Shown: positions 28,508-37,647 of the stretch, piece after piece
Position numbering within the stretch: position 1 is the first letter of the stretch
Layout: each line of letters begins with the position of its first letter
Virus record (IMG/VR): IMGVR_UViG_3300028558_000016
Coordinates: 62,001-126,000 of that record
DNA: 64,000 bases
Reading direction: 5' to 3' (one strand)
Notes under the pieces: generated by a model
Databases searched by the model: none
Told to the model about the DNA's origin: nothing
The model's input: the letters and a program-made list of their open reading frames with translations, nothing else
Translations under genes and position numbers: made by a program

Positions 28508-30613
28508 ATGTCAAAAATAAACGCCAAAGATAAACGAACCGTAGCAATTGTGATGCCGGTTCATAATGCAGAGAAATTCTTGAAGAAGACCATTCAATGT
28601 ATTCTTGATCAATCATATTCCAATTGGGAATTGTTTGCCATAGAAGATGGAAGCAAAGATTCTTCTTTATCAATATTAAACAAATTTACAGATCCAAGAA
28701 TAAAAGTATTCTCTACAGCAGACAAAGTCGTGTTGTCGACAAACGAAAGCGGATTGATCGTGGCATCAGAAAAAGAAAACACTGGACCTGCCGCAACAAG
28801 AAACAGAGCTCTTGACGCAATAAGAAATTCTAAAGATTACGATTACATTGCATTCTGTGACAGTGACGATAGATGGAAGCAAAACCATTTGGAGGTCGCT
28901 CTAAAAAACATTATCGGATATGACATGGTTTATTCCGATTGTGATTTCGTTTTAGAAAATGGATCTCCAGCAGTAACATACGGAGTTCCTTATTACGAAA
29001 AGTTCGAGAGAACAAATCTAAATAAACAAAATTTCATTTATATATCAACTGTCGTGATGAGCGTTGATTGCTTGAAGGCTGGAAATTTCGATCCTCTTTG
29101 TGTTCCAATGGAAGATTATGACATGTGGCTCAGAATAAGCCGTAGCTTTAACATCAAGCATGTTCCAACAATAACTGCCACATACATGTATAAAGCAGGA
29201 GGAAGCTATTACACAAATGAACAGAGCATGAGAGCACAAGGAATAGTTCATATAAAAAACTCCATAATATCTTCTGATATTAATACACTTCAAATTCAAT
29301 TGCAAGAAATAAAAAATGCAAAGATGGAATTGGTCAAAATACAAAAATACGAGGAAGTGGCAAGATTAAGAGATTTGGAAAAACAAATAGAACAAAACAT
29401 ATTGGACAAGACAGGACCTCAAACCATTCAAGGATGGTTAAGCACAGTAGAAGGAGAAGCATTGGCAACGTATGGTGAAGGAAAAGATTGTCTTGAGATC
29501 GGTTCTTTTAAAGGTAAAAGCGCAAATTATATTGCGCCCAAAGCAAACAGTCTTGTTTGCATAGATCCTTTCAGAGCCGATGAGTCAGGTCAAAATCAAT
29601 TCATAGATTACACAACGCTTCAAGAATTTCTCAAGAACACGAGCAGATTTAAAAATATCATTCCTGTAATTGGAAAATCAGAAGACGTACACAGCCAATT
29701 CAAGGATGGTCAATTTGAAATGATCTTCATTGATGGAATGCATGATTATGATTCTGTTGTGAATGACATTAAAAATTATTGGCCTAAATTAAAAATGGGC
29801 GGACACATGTGCTTTCATGATTATCAAAAAGATTGGAACGGCGTGATACAAGCCGTTGATGAATTCTTCATTAAACCCGATGAATTGTATGACTCCATTG
29901 CAGTTGTTCTCAAGAAATCTGAAGAATTGGAAAAGAAATCTGAAGAGTCCATAACATTAAAAGAACAATTAGAAAATAAAATGTTATTGATGAAGTACCT
30001 TCATTTGTCTTTAGAAGACATCGATAAAATGGATTTTTATCGATTTGAAGAATGCGTTAAATTGGTTAAAGAGAAAATTCTATCATTAGATACACCAGTT
30101 ACACCCGATAGAGATACACCAGCAATTACACCGGATAGAGTCATTAAAAAAGTAGTAGTAGTTTGTCCGTTCAGCAGGAACTTGCCAACGGGTGAAGAAA
30201 ATCCTAAAAACTTTCCATATTGGGAAGAACTTGTTCAGCAAATGAAAGACTCTGGATGTTATGTCATTCAAATAGGAGTGGCTGGAGAAAAATTAATTGG
30301 TGCCGATGAGATCGTGTTCAATGCTTCAAATGAGCGATTGTTAGAAGTTTTGAACAACTGTGATACATTTATTAGCATTGATTCTTTCTTCCCACACTTT
30401 GCTCATTATCATGGAAAACACGGAATCGTAATTTTCAGCCAATCTGATCCAAAATTATTTGGTTACGAAGAAAATTTAAACATCTTGAAGTCAAGAGATT
30501 ATCTAAGAAAAGAACAATTTTGGTTGTGGACCCAAGCAAAATTTAATAAGGACGCTTTCATTTCTTCAAAAAGTGTTTTAGATAAAGTGCTGGAAATCTT
30601 ACAGTTGAAATAA
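28508..30613 (+). CDS. GT2 + class I methyltransferase + GT9-like fusion
   Basis: IVMPVHN, FCDSDD, EDYDMWLR; EIGSFKGKS, IFIDGMHDY, FHDY; KNFPYWEELV, IDSFFPH. Confidence 0.85.
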   Translation: MSKINAKDKRTVAIVMPVHNAEKFLKKTIQCILDQSYSNWELFAIEDGSKDSSLSILNKFTDPRIKVFSTADKVVLSTNESGLIVASEKENTGPAATRNRALDAIRNSKDYDYIAFCDSDDRWKQNHLEVALKNIIGYDMVYSDCDFVLENGSPAVTYGVPYYEKFERTNLNKQNFIYISTVVMSVDCLKAGNFDPLCVPMEDYDMWLRISRSFNIKHVPTITATYMYKAGGSYYTNEQSMRAQGIVHIKNSIISSDINTLQIQLQEIKNAKMELVKIQKYEEVARLRDLEKQIEQNILDKTGPQTIQGWLSTVEGEALATYGEGKDCLEIGSFKGKSANYIAPKANSLVCIDPFRADESGQNQFIDYTTLQEFLKNTSRFKNIIPVIGKSEDVHSQFKDGQFEMIFIDGMHDYDSVVNDIKNYWPKLKMGGHMCFHDYQKDWNGVIQAVDEFFIKPDELYDSIAVVLKKSEELEKKSEESITLKEQLENKMLLMKYLHLSLEDIDKMDFYRFEECVKLVKEKILSLDTPVTPDRDTPAITPDRVIKKVVVVCPFSRNLPTGEENPKNFPYWEELVQQMKDSGCYVIQIGVAGEKLIGADEIVFNASNERLLEVLNNCDTFISIDSFFPHFAHYHGKHGIVIFSQSDPKLFGYEENLNILKSRDYLRKEQFWLWTQAKFNKDAFISSKSVLDKVLEILQLK

Positions 30614-30683
30614 ATTATCGGAACAAAAAGTGTTCTGATATATAAAACTGTCGTCTAAAAATTCAAAAAAACAAAACTAAATT

Positions 30684-33263
30684 ATGATTGAAGAAGTGAT
30701 CAACAAAGAGCAGCCAATTTCGGCACCCACAGATTCCCAAGAAAGACCAACCTACAGCTACACACATGCTTTTGAAGCTTCAAAAGATTACTTCAATGGC
30801 GAAGAATTGCCTGCTAAAGTATTCGTTGATAAGTATGCGATGAAAGATCTTGATGGCAAGATTTACGAGAACACTCCAGACCAAATGCACATCAGGCTTG
30901 CAAAAGAATTTGGACGAATCGAAAGATCGTACATGGAGAACAAACTTAACGGCAACGATGCGTCTAAGTTAAGTGAGTATGGCAAAACAAGAGAGATTTT
31001 ATCTCCAGCAAGAATTTACGAAATGTTTAAAGACTTCAAGTACATCGTTCCTCAAGGAAGCGTTATGGCAATACTTGGGAATGAATTCGTGATTGGTTCT
31101 TTGAGCAATTGTATTGTTCTTCCTGAATTGCACGATTCATACGGAGGAATTCTTTATGCAGATCAAGAACTCGTTCAACTAATGAAGAGAAGATGCGGAG
31201 TTGGTTTAGACCTTTCAACATTGAGACCATCTGGTTCTTCGGTTACAAATGCAGCAGGCAGTTCAACTGGACCTGTGTCATTCATGGAAAGATTCTCTAA
31301 CACAACAAGAGAAGTTGCACAAAGCGGAAGACGTGGTGCGTTAATGTTAACGATAGACATTGCACACCCTGACGTAGAGAATTTCGTGAACATAAAACAA
31401 GACTTGACCAAGGTGACCGGAGCAAACATCTCAGTGAGACTCTCCGATGAATTCATGCAAGCTGTAAAAGACGACACGGATTACACCCACAGATGGCCAA
31501 TTGAAGGAACACCTATAATGACAAAGGTTGTTAAAGCAAAAGACCTTTGGAACACAATGATAAAAGCTGCTCACACAAGCGCAGAACCTGGATTAATATT
31601 CTGGGACAGACAACACAAATATTCGACTTCATCGGTTTATCCCGGTTTCAAAAACACATCGACAAATCCTTGTTCTGAGATTGCGATGCAAGGTGGTGAC
31701 TCATGCAGATTAATTGCCATGAACTTGTTTGGTTGTGTTGTAAATCCATTTTCTCCTGAAGCATATTTTGATTATGATAAATTTTATCAAGTCACTTATG
31801 AGTCACAAAGATTAATGGATGACCTTGTTGAACTCGAATTAGAAGCTGTTTCAAAAATAATTGCTAAGATCGAATCTGATCCAGAGCCAGACAAAATTAA
31901 AAGTGTTGAACTTGAAACTTGGAAAATGCTTTACGAAGCAGGTAAAAAAGGAAGAAGAACAGGACTTGGTTTCACGGCTCTCGGTGATGCTATCGCAGCT
32001 CTTGGTTTTAAATATGACAGCCCAGAAGGAATAGAGACAATCGACAAGATCATGCGCACAAAATTAAGAGGCGAGTTTGACTCTTCAATTGACATGGCTA
32101 TCGAAAGAGGAACTTTTGAAGGATTCAATAAGGAAATTGAATTGACTTCTGAATTTGTTCACATGATGAGAGACGAATTCAACGATGTATATGGAAGAAT
32201 GTTAGCTTACGGAAGAAGAAATATCTCAATAAGCACAGTTGCACCAACAGGTTCTCTTTCCATATTAACGCAGACATCTTCAGGTCTTGAACCGGTGTTC
32301 ATGCTTTCTTACAAGAGAAGAAAGAAGATCAACGATGTGTCAGACAAGAATGCAAAAGTTGATTTCACAGATTCAATGGGAGATAAATGGCAAGAATTTG
32401 TTGTGTATCATCCTAAATTAAAAATGTGGATGGATGTAACAGGTGAAACTGACGAATCAAAAAGTCCTTACGCAGGTTCAACAGCTCCTGAAATTGATTG
32501 GGTGAAACGTGTTGAGATACAATCCGTGATCCAAAAATACATCACACACTCGATAAGTTCAACAATAAATCTTCCAGCAGATGTTGAAGTAGAAAAAGTT
32601 GGTGAGATCTACATGAAGAGCTGGGAAATGGGATTAAAAGGAATCACAGTTTACAGAGACGGTTCACGAAGCGGAGTTCTAATTGCGAATGACGTTAAAA
32701 AAGAGCCAACTACAATATACGAGAACAACGCGCCTAAGAGACCTAAGTCACTTGACTGCGATGTAATAAGATTCACCAACAAGGGAGAAAAATGGATTGG
32801 ATTCGTTGGCCTATATGAAGGAAGACCTTACGAGGTGTTCACTGGTAAAGCTGATGACATGAAGATTCCATATTACGTCGAAGAAGGAAAGATCAGAAAG
32901 ACTAAGGTCGAAGAAGGTAGCAAATACGATTTCGTTTATTCTGACAAGGATAAAGTTGAGGTTGTTGAAGAATGGTTGAACAAGACGTTCGATAAGCACT
33001 ATTGGAATTACGCCAAAATGCTTTCTGGAATCTTGAGACATGGCATGCCACTTCCTTACGTTGTTGATCTCGTCAACTCTTTGAACCTGGATGATGATTT
33101 GATTACCACCTGGAAGAACGGTATTTCAAGAATGATCAAGAAATACATTCCAGACGGAACAGAAGCAACCGATAAACAGTGTAAGCAGTGTAAATCTGAG
33201 TCAGTCATCTATCAAGAAGGATGCCTCGTTTGTAATAATTGCGGAAGCTCGAAATGCGGATAA
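30684..33263 (+). CDS. nrdJ: class II (B12-dependent) ribonucleotide reductase
   Basis: SNC, TNPCSEI, RRTGLG, TVAPTG, KGITVYRDGSR, C-terminal TSCPD/Zn ribbon. Confidence 0.9.
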   Translation: MIEEVINKEQPISAPTDSQERPTYSYTHAFEASKDYFNGEELPAKVFVDKYAMKDLDGKIYENTPDQMHIRLAKEFGRIERSYMENKLNGNDASKLSEYGKTREILSPARIYEMFKDFKYIVPQGSVMAILGNEFVIGSLSNCIVLPELHDSYGGILYADQELVQLMKRRCGVGLDLSTLRPSGSSVTNAAGSSTGPVSFMERFSNTTREVAQSGRRGALMLTIDIAHPDVENFVNIKQDLTKVTGANISVRLSDEFMQAVKDDTDYTHRWPIEGTPIMTKVVKAKDLWNTMIKAAHTSAEPGLIFWDRQHKYSTSSVYPGFKNTSTNPCSEIAMQGGDSCRLIAMNLFGCVVNPFSPEAYFDYDKFYQVTYESQRLMDDLVELELEAVSKIIAKIESDPEPDKIKSVELETWKMLYEAGKKGRRTGLGFTALGDAIAALGFKYDSPEGIETIDKIMRTKLRGEFDSSIDMAIERGTFEGFNKEIELTSEFVHMMRDEFNDVYGRMLAYGRRNISISTVAPTGSLSILTQTSSGLEPVFMLSYKRRKKINDVSDKNAKVDFTDSMGDKWQEFVVYHPKLKMWMDVTGETDESKSPYAGSTAPEIDWVKRVEIQSVIQKYITHSISSTINLPADVEVEKVGEIYMKSWEMGLKGITVYRDGSRSGVLIANDVKKEPTTIYENNAPKRPKSLDCDVIRFTNKGEKWIGFVGLYEGRPYEVFTGKADDMKIPYYVEEGKIRKTKVEEGSKYDFVYSDKDKVEVVEEWLNKTFDKHYWNYAKMLSGILRHGMPLPYVVDLVNSLNLDDDLITTWKNGISRMIKKYIPDGTEATDKQCKQCKSESVIYQEGCLVCNNCGSSKCG

Positions 33264-33319
33264 GCATGAAACAAAATAACGACAGGATCGTATAAATCTA
33301 AATTAACAACCAAATAGCT

Positions 33320-33571
33320 ATGGAAAATACACAACCACAAACGCCTCCAACTGGAACAGTTCCTGCAGAACTAAATCCACAACAGGCAATTTCTGTTCTA
33401 ATTCAAGCAGTTAACTTTGCTCAAAGCAAAGGAATTTATAGCCTCGAAGATGCTGAAATTTTAAGCAAGGCAGTAAAAGTGTTCGTAAAGAAAGAAGATA
33501 AACCAGCTGCTGACGCACCAGTAACTGATCCAACAGCGGAAACTGTTGCTCCTATCACACCGAACAACTAA
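33320..33571 (+). CDS. hypothetical protein
   Basis: AQSKGIYSLEDA core with Pro/Thr-rich ends. Confidence 0.6.
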   Translation: MENTQPQTPPTGTVPAELNPQQAISVLIQAVNFAQSKGIYSLEDAEILSKAVKVFVKKEDKPAADAPVTDPTAETVAPITPNN

Positions 33572-33591
33572 GAAACTAAACCTTGGAAGGC

Positions 33592-33626
33592 AAAATCCTG
33601 GATGCGAAAGTATCTGGGATTTTTTG
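33592..33626 (+). terminator. intrinsic terminator
   Basis: AAAATCCTGGATGC-gaaa-GTATCTGGGATTTTTT. Confidence 0.75.
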
Positions 33627-33657
33627 TTTATGGGTGTCTCTTTCAGATATATAAGAC

Positions 33658-35283
33658 ATGAAACACCTGCAACTATTTGAGTCGCATTCCAATGATCTGA
33701 GGAAGTTCTATCTGTTCAGCCACAGCGACAGGTTTTCTTTTTCTCATATTGATTCATTGGTTCGTTCTGTTGCCGGAGAATTGTTTATGTTGTTGATGCC
33801 TCCAGGAATATTTGCAAACTCAATAGATCCAGAAATTCCAATATTTAATTATGGCAACACGCCAGAGCTTCAACAATTGTTGGATGATGGTGTTGTGTTA
33901 GAAAAGAACGTATACAATCTTCCAAAGAATCTCGTTAACGCGAATTCAAAGGTTGAATTTCATAAGAAGACCGATAAACTTGATTTCGTTCCTAAAACTG
34001 TATTTACTAAGTCAGAAGCAGAAGGATTAAAGTTTCCTATAATTGCTAAACCAGCAGGCGGAAGCAAAGGCGAAGGAATAAAAGTATTCAAGACAAAAGA
34101 AGAATTAAATAGCAGCGAAGATAAATTCGATGTGTTCTCTGAGAAGTTTGATTTGAAAAGAGAATTCAGAGTCATTTCCATAAAAGGTGATCTCGTATTC
34201 ATTGCGGAAAGAATTCCTGAGAACGACAAAGCAAATTCATTGAGAGAGTCCGAAGAAGAAACAAAACAACATCAATACAAAGACATATTTGACAGAGAGG
34301 GAACTCTTTCAGGAAGAAGCTCTTACAAATGGGTGAAGGTTGAATATGGCAAAGATGGAATTCCAAGCGAAGCTGAATTCAAGAAGATATGTTCTTCTAT
34401 AAATGAGTCATTGAGCCTTGAATTTCTTGGAGTTGATATTGGTTTGGATGAAAAAGGAAAAATATGGTGTATTGAAGCAAACACTTGTCCTGGATTAAAT
34501 AAGGATCAAATTGTCTTGATATACATTTCTCTTTTCAAGGATTTTTACAAGAGAGAACCAAACGAATATACGATGAAATCTCTGAAGCAATACCAAGATG
34601 AGCTTATGAGATCGAACGAGGACCCGGCTAAATTTTCATTTGCTCCTCATCAAGGAAATAGATTTTATTATTACGATGACAAAGTAAATCACGAGACAGG
34701 AGAGAGACAAGGAAGAGCACTTCTAACAACGAAGTATAACATAGAAAAAAGCTTTGGAGACACCATGCTAAACATTAAGAAGAAATACGAATCCAGATTA
34801 ATGGATTTTAAAGCGTTTGTTTTGAACGAAAACGAAACAACAAAACCAGATGCTGAAAAAGTCATAGACGACTTTTTAAGCGGCAAGCTGAAACCTACTC
34901 AAGTATCGCCAAAAGATCCTAAGGATAAAACTAAATTTATGCTAACAGAGCCTGACGAAAAAGAAGGCGGAGACGTAAACGAAGAAGCAGAAATATATTT
35001 ACCGAACAACGAATCATTATTCATTAATTTTTCTTGGTCTTATTCCTATAAAGAAGGACAAAAAAGCGGAGACAGAGATGTTCCAGATGATGCTGGTGAA
35101 TACATCCTCGAGTCATTAGAAATAGAATCTGTGAATTTTTATTATAATAATGGAGAAGATGAAGAGAAAGTGGAATTAACTCCTGCTATTGAAAATAAAT
35201 TGAAAAATTATTTCGAGCAATTTATTATGGTGAGCGATCAAAGTTATAGTTACGCAAAAGAAGCAAAGAAGAGAAGTGTATAA
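33658..35283 (+). CDS. ATP-grasp (RimK-like) ligase with acidic C-terminal domain
   Basis: PKT, FPIIAKP..GSKGEGI, REFRV, GVDI, IEANTCPG. Confidence 0.8.
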   Translation: MKHLQLFESHSNDLRKFYLFSHSDRFSFSHIDSLVRSVAGELFMLLMPPGIFANSIDPEIPIFNYGNTPELQQLLDDGVVLEKNVYNLPKNLVNANSKVEFHKKTDKLDFVPKTVFTKSEAEGLKFPIIAKPAGGSKGEGIKVFKTKEELNSSEDKFDVFSEKFDLKREFRVISIKGDLVFIAERIPENDKANSLRESEEETKQHQYKDIFDREGTLSGRSSYKWVKVEYGKDGIPSEAEFKKICSSINESLSLEFLGVDIGLDEKGKIWCIEANTCPGLNKDQIVLIYISLFKDFYKREPNEYTMKSLKQYQDELMRSNEDPAKFSFAPHQGNRFYYYDDKVNHETGERQGRALLTTKYNIEKSFGDTMLNIKKKYESRLMDFKAFVLNENETTKPDAEKVIDDFLSGKLKPTQVSPKDPKDKTKFMLTEPDEKEGGDVNEEAEIYLPNNESLFINFSWSYSYKEGQKSGDRDVPDDAGEYILESLEIESVNFYYNNGEDEEKVELTPAIENKLKNYFEQFIMVSDQSYSYAKEAKKRSV

Positions 35284-35300
35284 CCTTTAATTTTTTTAAG

Positions 35301-35954
35301 ATGAAAATCGGTGCATTAATACCAACAAGAGGTGACAGACCAGAACTTTTGAAATTTGCCCTCGATCAAATGAGTCGTCAGACGAGAAAACCTGACATCA
35401 TACAAGTAGTAAATGATCCACCTGTAAATCAAAACAAGGACATAACTTGGAGATACAGGATTGGATGCGAAAGGATTTTTAAGAATGACATTGATGTTGT
35501 TCTTTTAATTGAAGACGATGATTGGTATGATCCAACCTATATTGAGAGAATGGTTTCCGAATGGGACAAGGCTGGAAAGCCACAAATATTTGGAGTAGGA
35601 GAAACCACTTACTATCATTTAGGAATAAGAGCTTACAACGAAGAAAAACATTTCGGAAGAGCTTCTGCAATGAGCACACTCTTAACAAGAGATGTTCTTG
35701 GAATTCAATGGCCAAACGATAATTACGTTTTCACAGATGTAGAACTTTGGAAGAAATTAAAAGGAAGCACTTGTTTGTTTGAAAGACTTTTATCTCTTGG
35801 AGTTAAACACGGAATTGGATTGACAGGTGGAATTGGACACAATAAACAATGGGCAGGATACAAACAAAAAGATCCCGAATTGGATTGGTTGAAAAAAACC
35901 GTAGATGAAAAAGCATTTGAATTCTACAAAAATATCTCTGAAAGAATAAAATGA
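35301..35954 (+). CDS. glycosyltransferase (GT-A/GT2)
   Basis: LIPTRGDR, IEDDDWY. Confidence 0.8.
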   Translation: MKIGALIPTRGDRPELLKFALDQMSRQTRKPDIIQVVNDPPVNQNKDITWRYRIGCERIFKNDIDVVLLIEDDDWYDPTYIERMVSEWDKAGKPQIFGVGETTYYHLGIRAYNEEKHFGRASAMSTLLTRDVLGIQWPNDNYVFTDVELWKKLKGSTCLFERLLSLGVKHGIGLTGGIGHNKQWAGYKQKDPELDWLKKTVDEKAFEFYKNISERIK

Positions 35955-36586
35955 GAATTAAAACATTTGAGCAGTACATAAATGAAAGCGTAAACGAGAG
36001 AGCTGTTTCGGCTGAAGACGTTATATCAAATGAACCGGATACCGGTGTGATAAAATCTCTTACAAAGAAGCCGTCGAAAGAATATATGAAGCTCATATTG
36101 TTCAACTTCAAAACTAAAACAGTTGAAGGTTATTTGGCAATGGAAAGATTCAAGAGCGATAAAGAATTCATGATTCAAAGAACCTTTGCCATCGACAAAC
36201 ATGGACCATTGATGTATGATCTTGCACTGTCCATGGTTTCTCCAGAAGGAATTATTCCAGACAGGATGATAAGACCTGCTGCACAGAAAATTTGGTCATA
36301 TTTCGATAAGAACAGACCAGACGTAAGAAAAACAGTGATGAAACCAAAGGACACATGGTTCACGAAAGAATATGACGTCGACATTGAACATGAGCACTTG
36401 AAAGACAAGGAAGTTCTTGATTTAATAAACAAAGTTTATTCTCTTGATAAACCAATCCACAACATGGATGAATTATTAGCAAAGGGAGAAAAATTAATGA
36501 AGGATAACGGATTAAAACCAATGGACCTAATCAAGAAAGGCGACGAAGCTTTTCAAGAGAGGTACAATAAAGAATTTGCAGAATGA
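35951..36586 (+). CDS. hypothetical protein (possible head-internal protein)
   Basis: MRIKTFEQYINE N-terminus. Confidence 0.55.
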   Translation: MRIKTFEQYINESVNERAVSAEDVISNEPDTGVIKSLTKKPSKEYMKLILFNFKTKTVEGYLAMERFKSDKEFMIQRTFAIDKHGPLMYDLALSMVSPEGIIPDRMIRPAAQKIWSYFDKNRPDVRKTVMKPKDTWFTKEYDVDIEHEHLKDKEVLDLINKVYSLDKPIHNMDELLAKGEKLMKDNGLKPMDLIKKGDEAFQERYNKEFAE

Positions 36587-37359
36587 AATTAGGAATAGCA
36601 TATAACATTTTTGATGGTGTTGAACTGCTTGAATTTTCGGCAAAGAGCGTAAGAAGTTCTGCTGATTACATATTAGCTGTTTATCAAGATGTTTCCAATT
36701 ACGGAAATCCAAGCACCATAGATCTTTTAAAACTATTAAATGATTTAAAGGATAAAGGTTTGATCGATGACATCATTCAATACCATCCAATAATGGGATT
36801 GAAAGGACACGGCAACGAAATAGCAAAAAGGAATTTAGGACTTGAAACATGTAAGATGTCAGGATGCTCGCATTTCATGACAATGGACATTGATGAGTTC
36901 TACAAAGAAGAAGAATTGAAATACGTGAAAGCTTTAATGGTAAGCGACAATTATGATTCTGCTGCATGTCAAATGCAAACTTATTACAAGACTGCAGAAT
37001 GGGCAATTAATCCACCAGAGACTTATTATGTCCCTCTCATTTATAAAATAGATGAAAGGAGATTCAACATGAATGTCAGATGGCCAATAACAGCAGATCC
37101 AACAAGAAGACTTGAACCAAAAAACATGATGGTGTTCATGAGAAATAAAATCGAAATGCACCACATGAGTTACGTAAGGAAAGACATAAGAGCAAAGTTA
37201 AACAATTCATCGGCCAATGTTAATTGGAAGAACAGAATAGAGTCTCTCGCATCTTATCATGATAATTGGAGTCCTACACAAAAAGCACAGTTTGCTGGAT
37301 CGGAAGAAAGATTTTATGACGTCGTACAGGTTCCAAACATTTTTGGGATCAATATATAA
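36583..37359 (+). CDS. glycosyltransferase-like (GT-A)
   Basis: KRNLGL, MDIDEFY, MHHMSYVR. Confidence 0.7.
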   Translation: MKLGIAYNIFDGVELLEFSAKSVRSSADYILAVYQDVSNYGNPSTIDLLKLLNDLKDKGLIDDIIQYHPIMGLKGHGNEIAKRNLGLETCKMSGCSHFMTMDIDEFYKEEELKYVKALMVSDNYDSAACQMQTYYKTAEWAINPPETYYVPLIYKIDERRFNMNVRWPITADPTRRLEPKNMMVFMRNKIEMHHMSYVRKDIRAKLNNSSANVNWKNRIESLASYHDNWSPTQKAQFAGSEERFYDVVQVPNIFGINI

Positions 37360-37380
37360 TAAAAATATAGGTATTTAAAC

Positions 37381-37647
37381 ATGGAACAACAAGGCAAAGA
37401 TAAAGTAGAAGAAAGGTACAAGCTCAAAGGCTATGATGGTTTCTCTATTGATTTAACCGAAGATGGCGAAGGTGGACCTGCTGTTGGTGCAGCGACACTT
37501 GCCGCAACCCCTGGAATGGGTGCTCCTGTTTACGCAGGAAGAGGATTTGATGGAAGCGGTGACGTTCCAAGTCCTGCTGCTAAAATCGGAAAGAAAAAAG
37601 GAAAAAAGAAAAGAGTAAAGAGCTTTGACCAATTCACTAAGAAATAA
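37381..37647 (+). CDS. Gly-rich hypothetical protein
   Basis: TPGMG..GSGD, basic tail, KSFDQF. Confidence 0.55.
   Translation: MEQQGKDKVEERYKLKGYDGFSIDLTEDGEGGPAVGAATLAATPGMGAPVYAGRGFDGSGDVPSPAAKIGKKKGKKKRVKSFDQFTKK

Noticed and set aside
30684-33263. Intron or intein in nrdJ (also checked for the capsid gene)
   Set aside because: Continuous ORFs of normal length with no visible splicing or homing-endonuclease motifs
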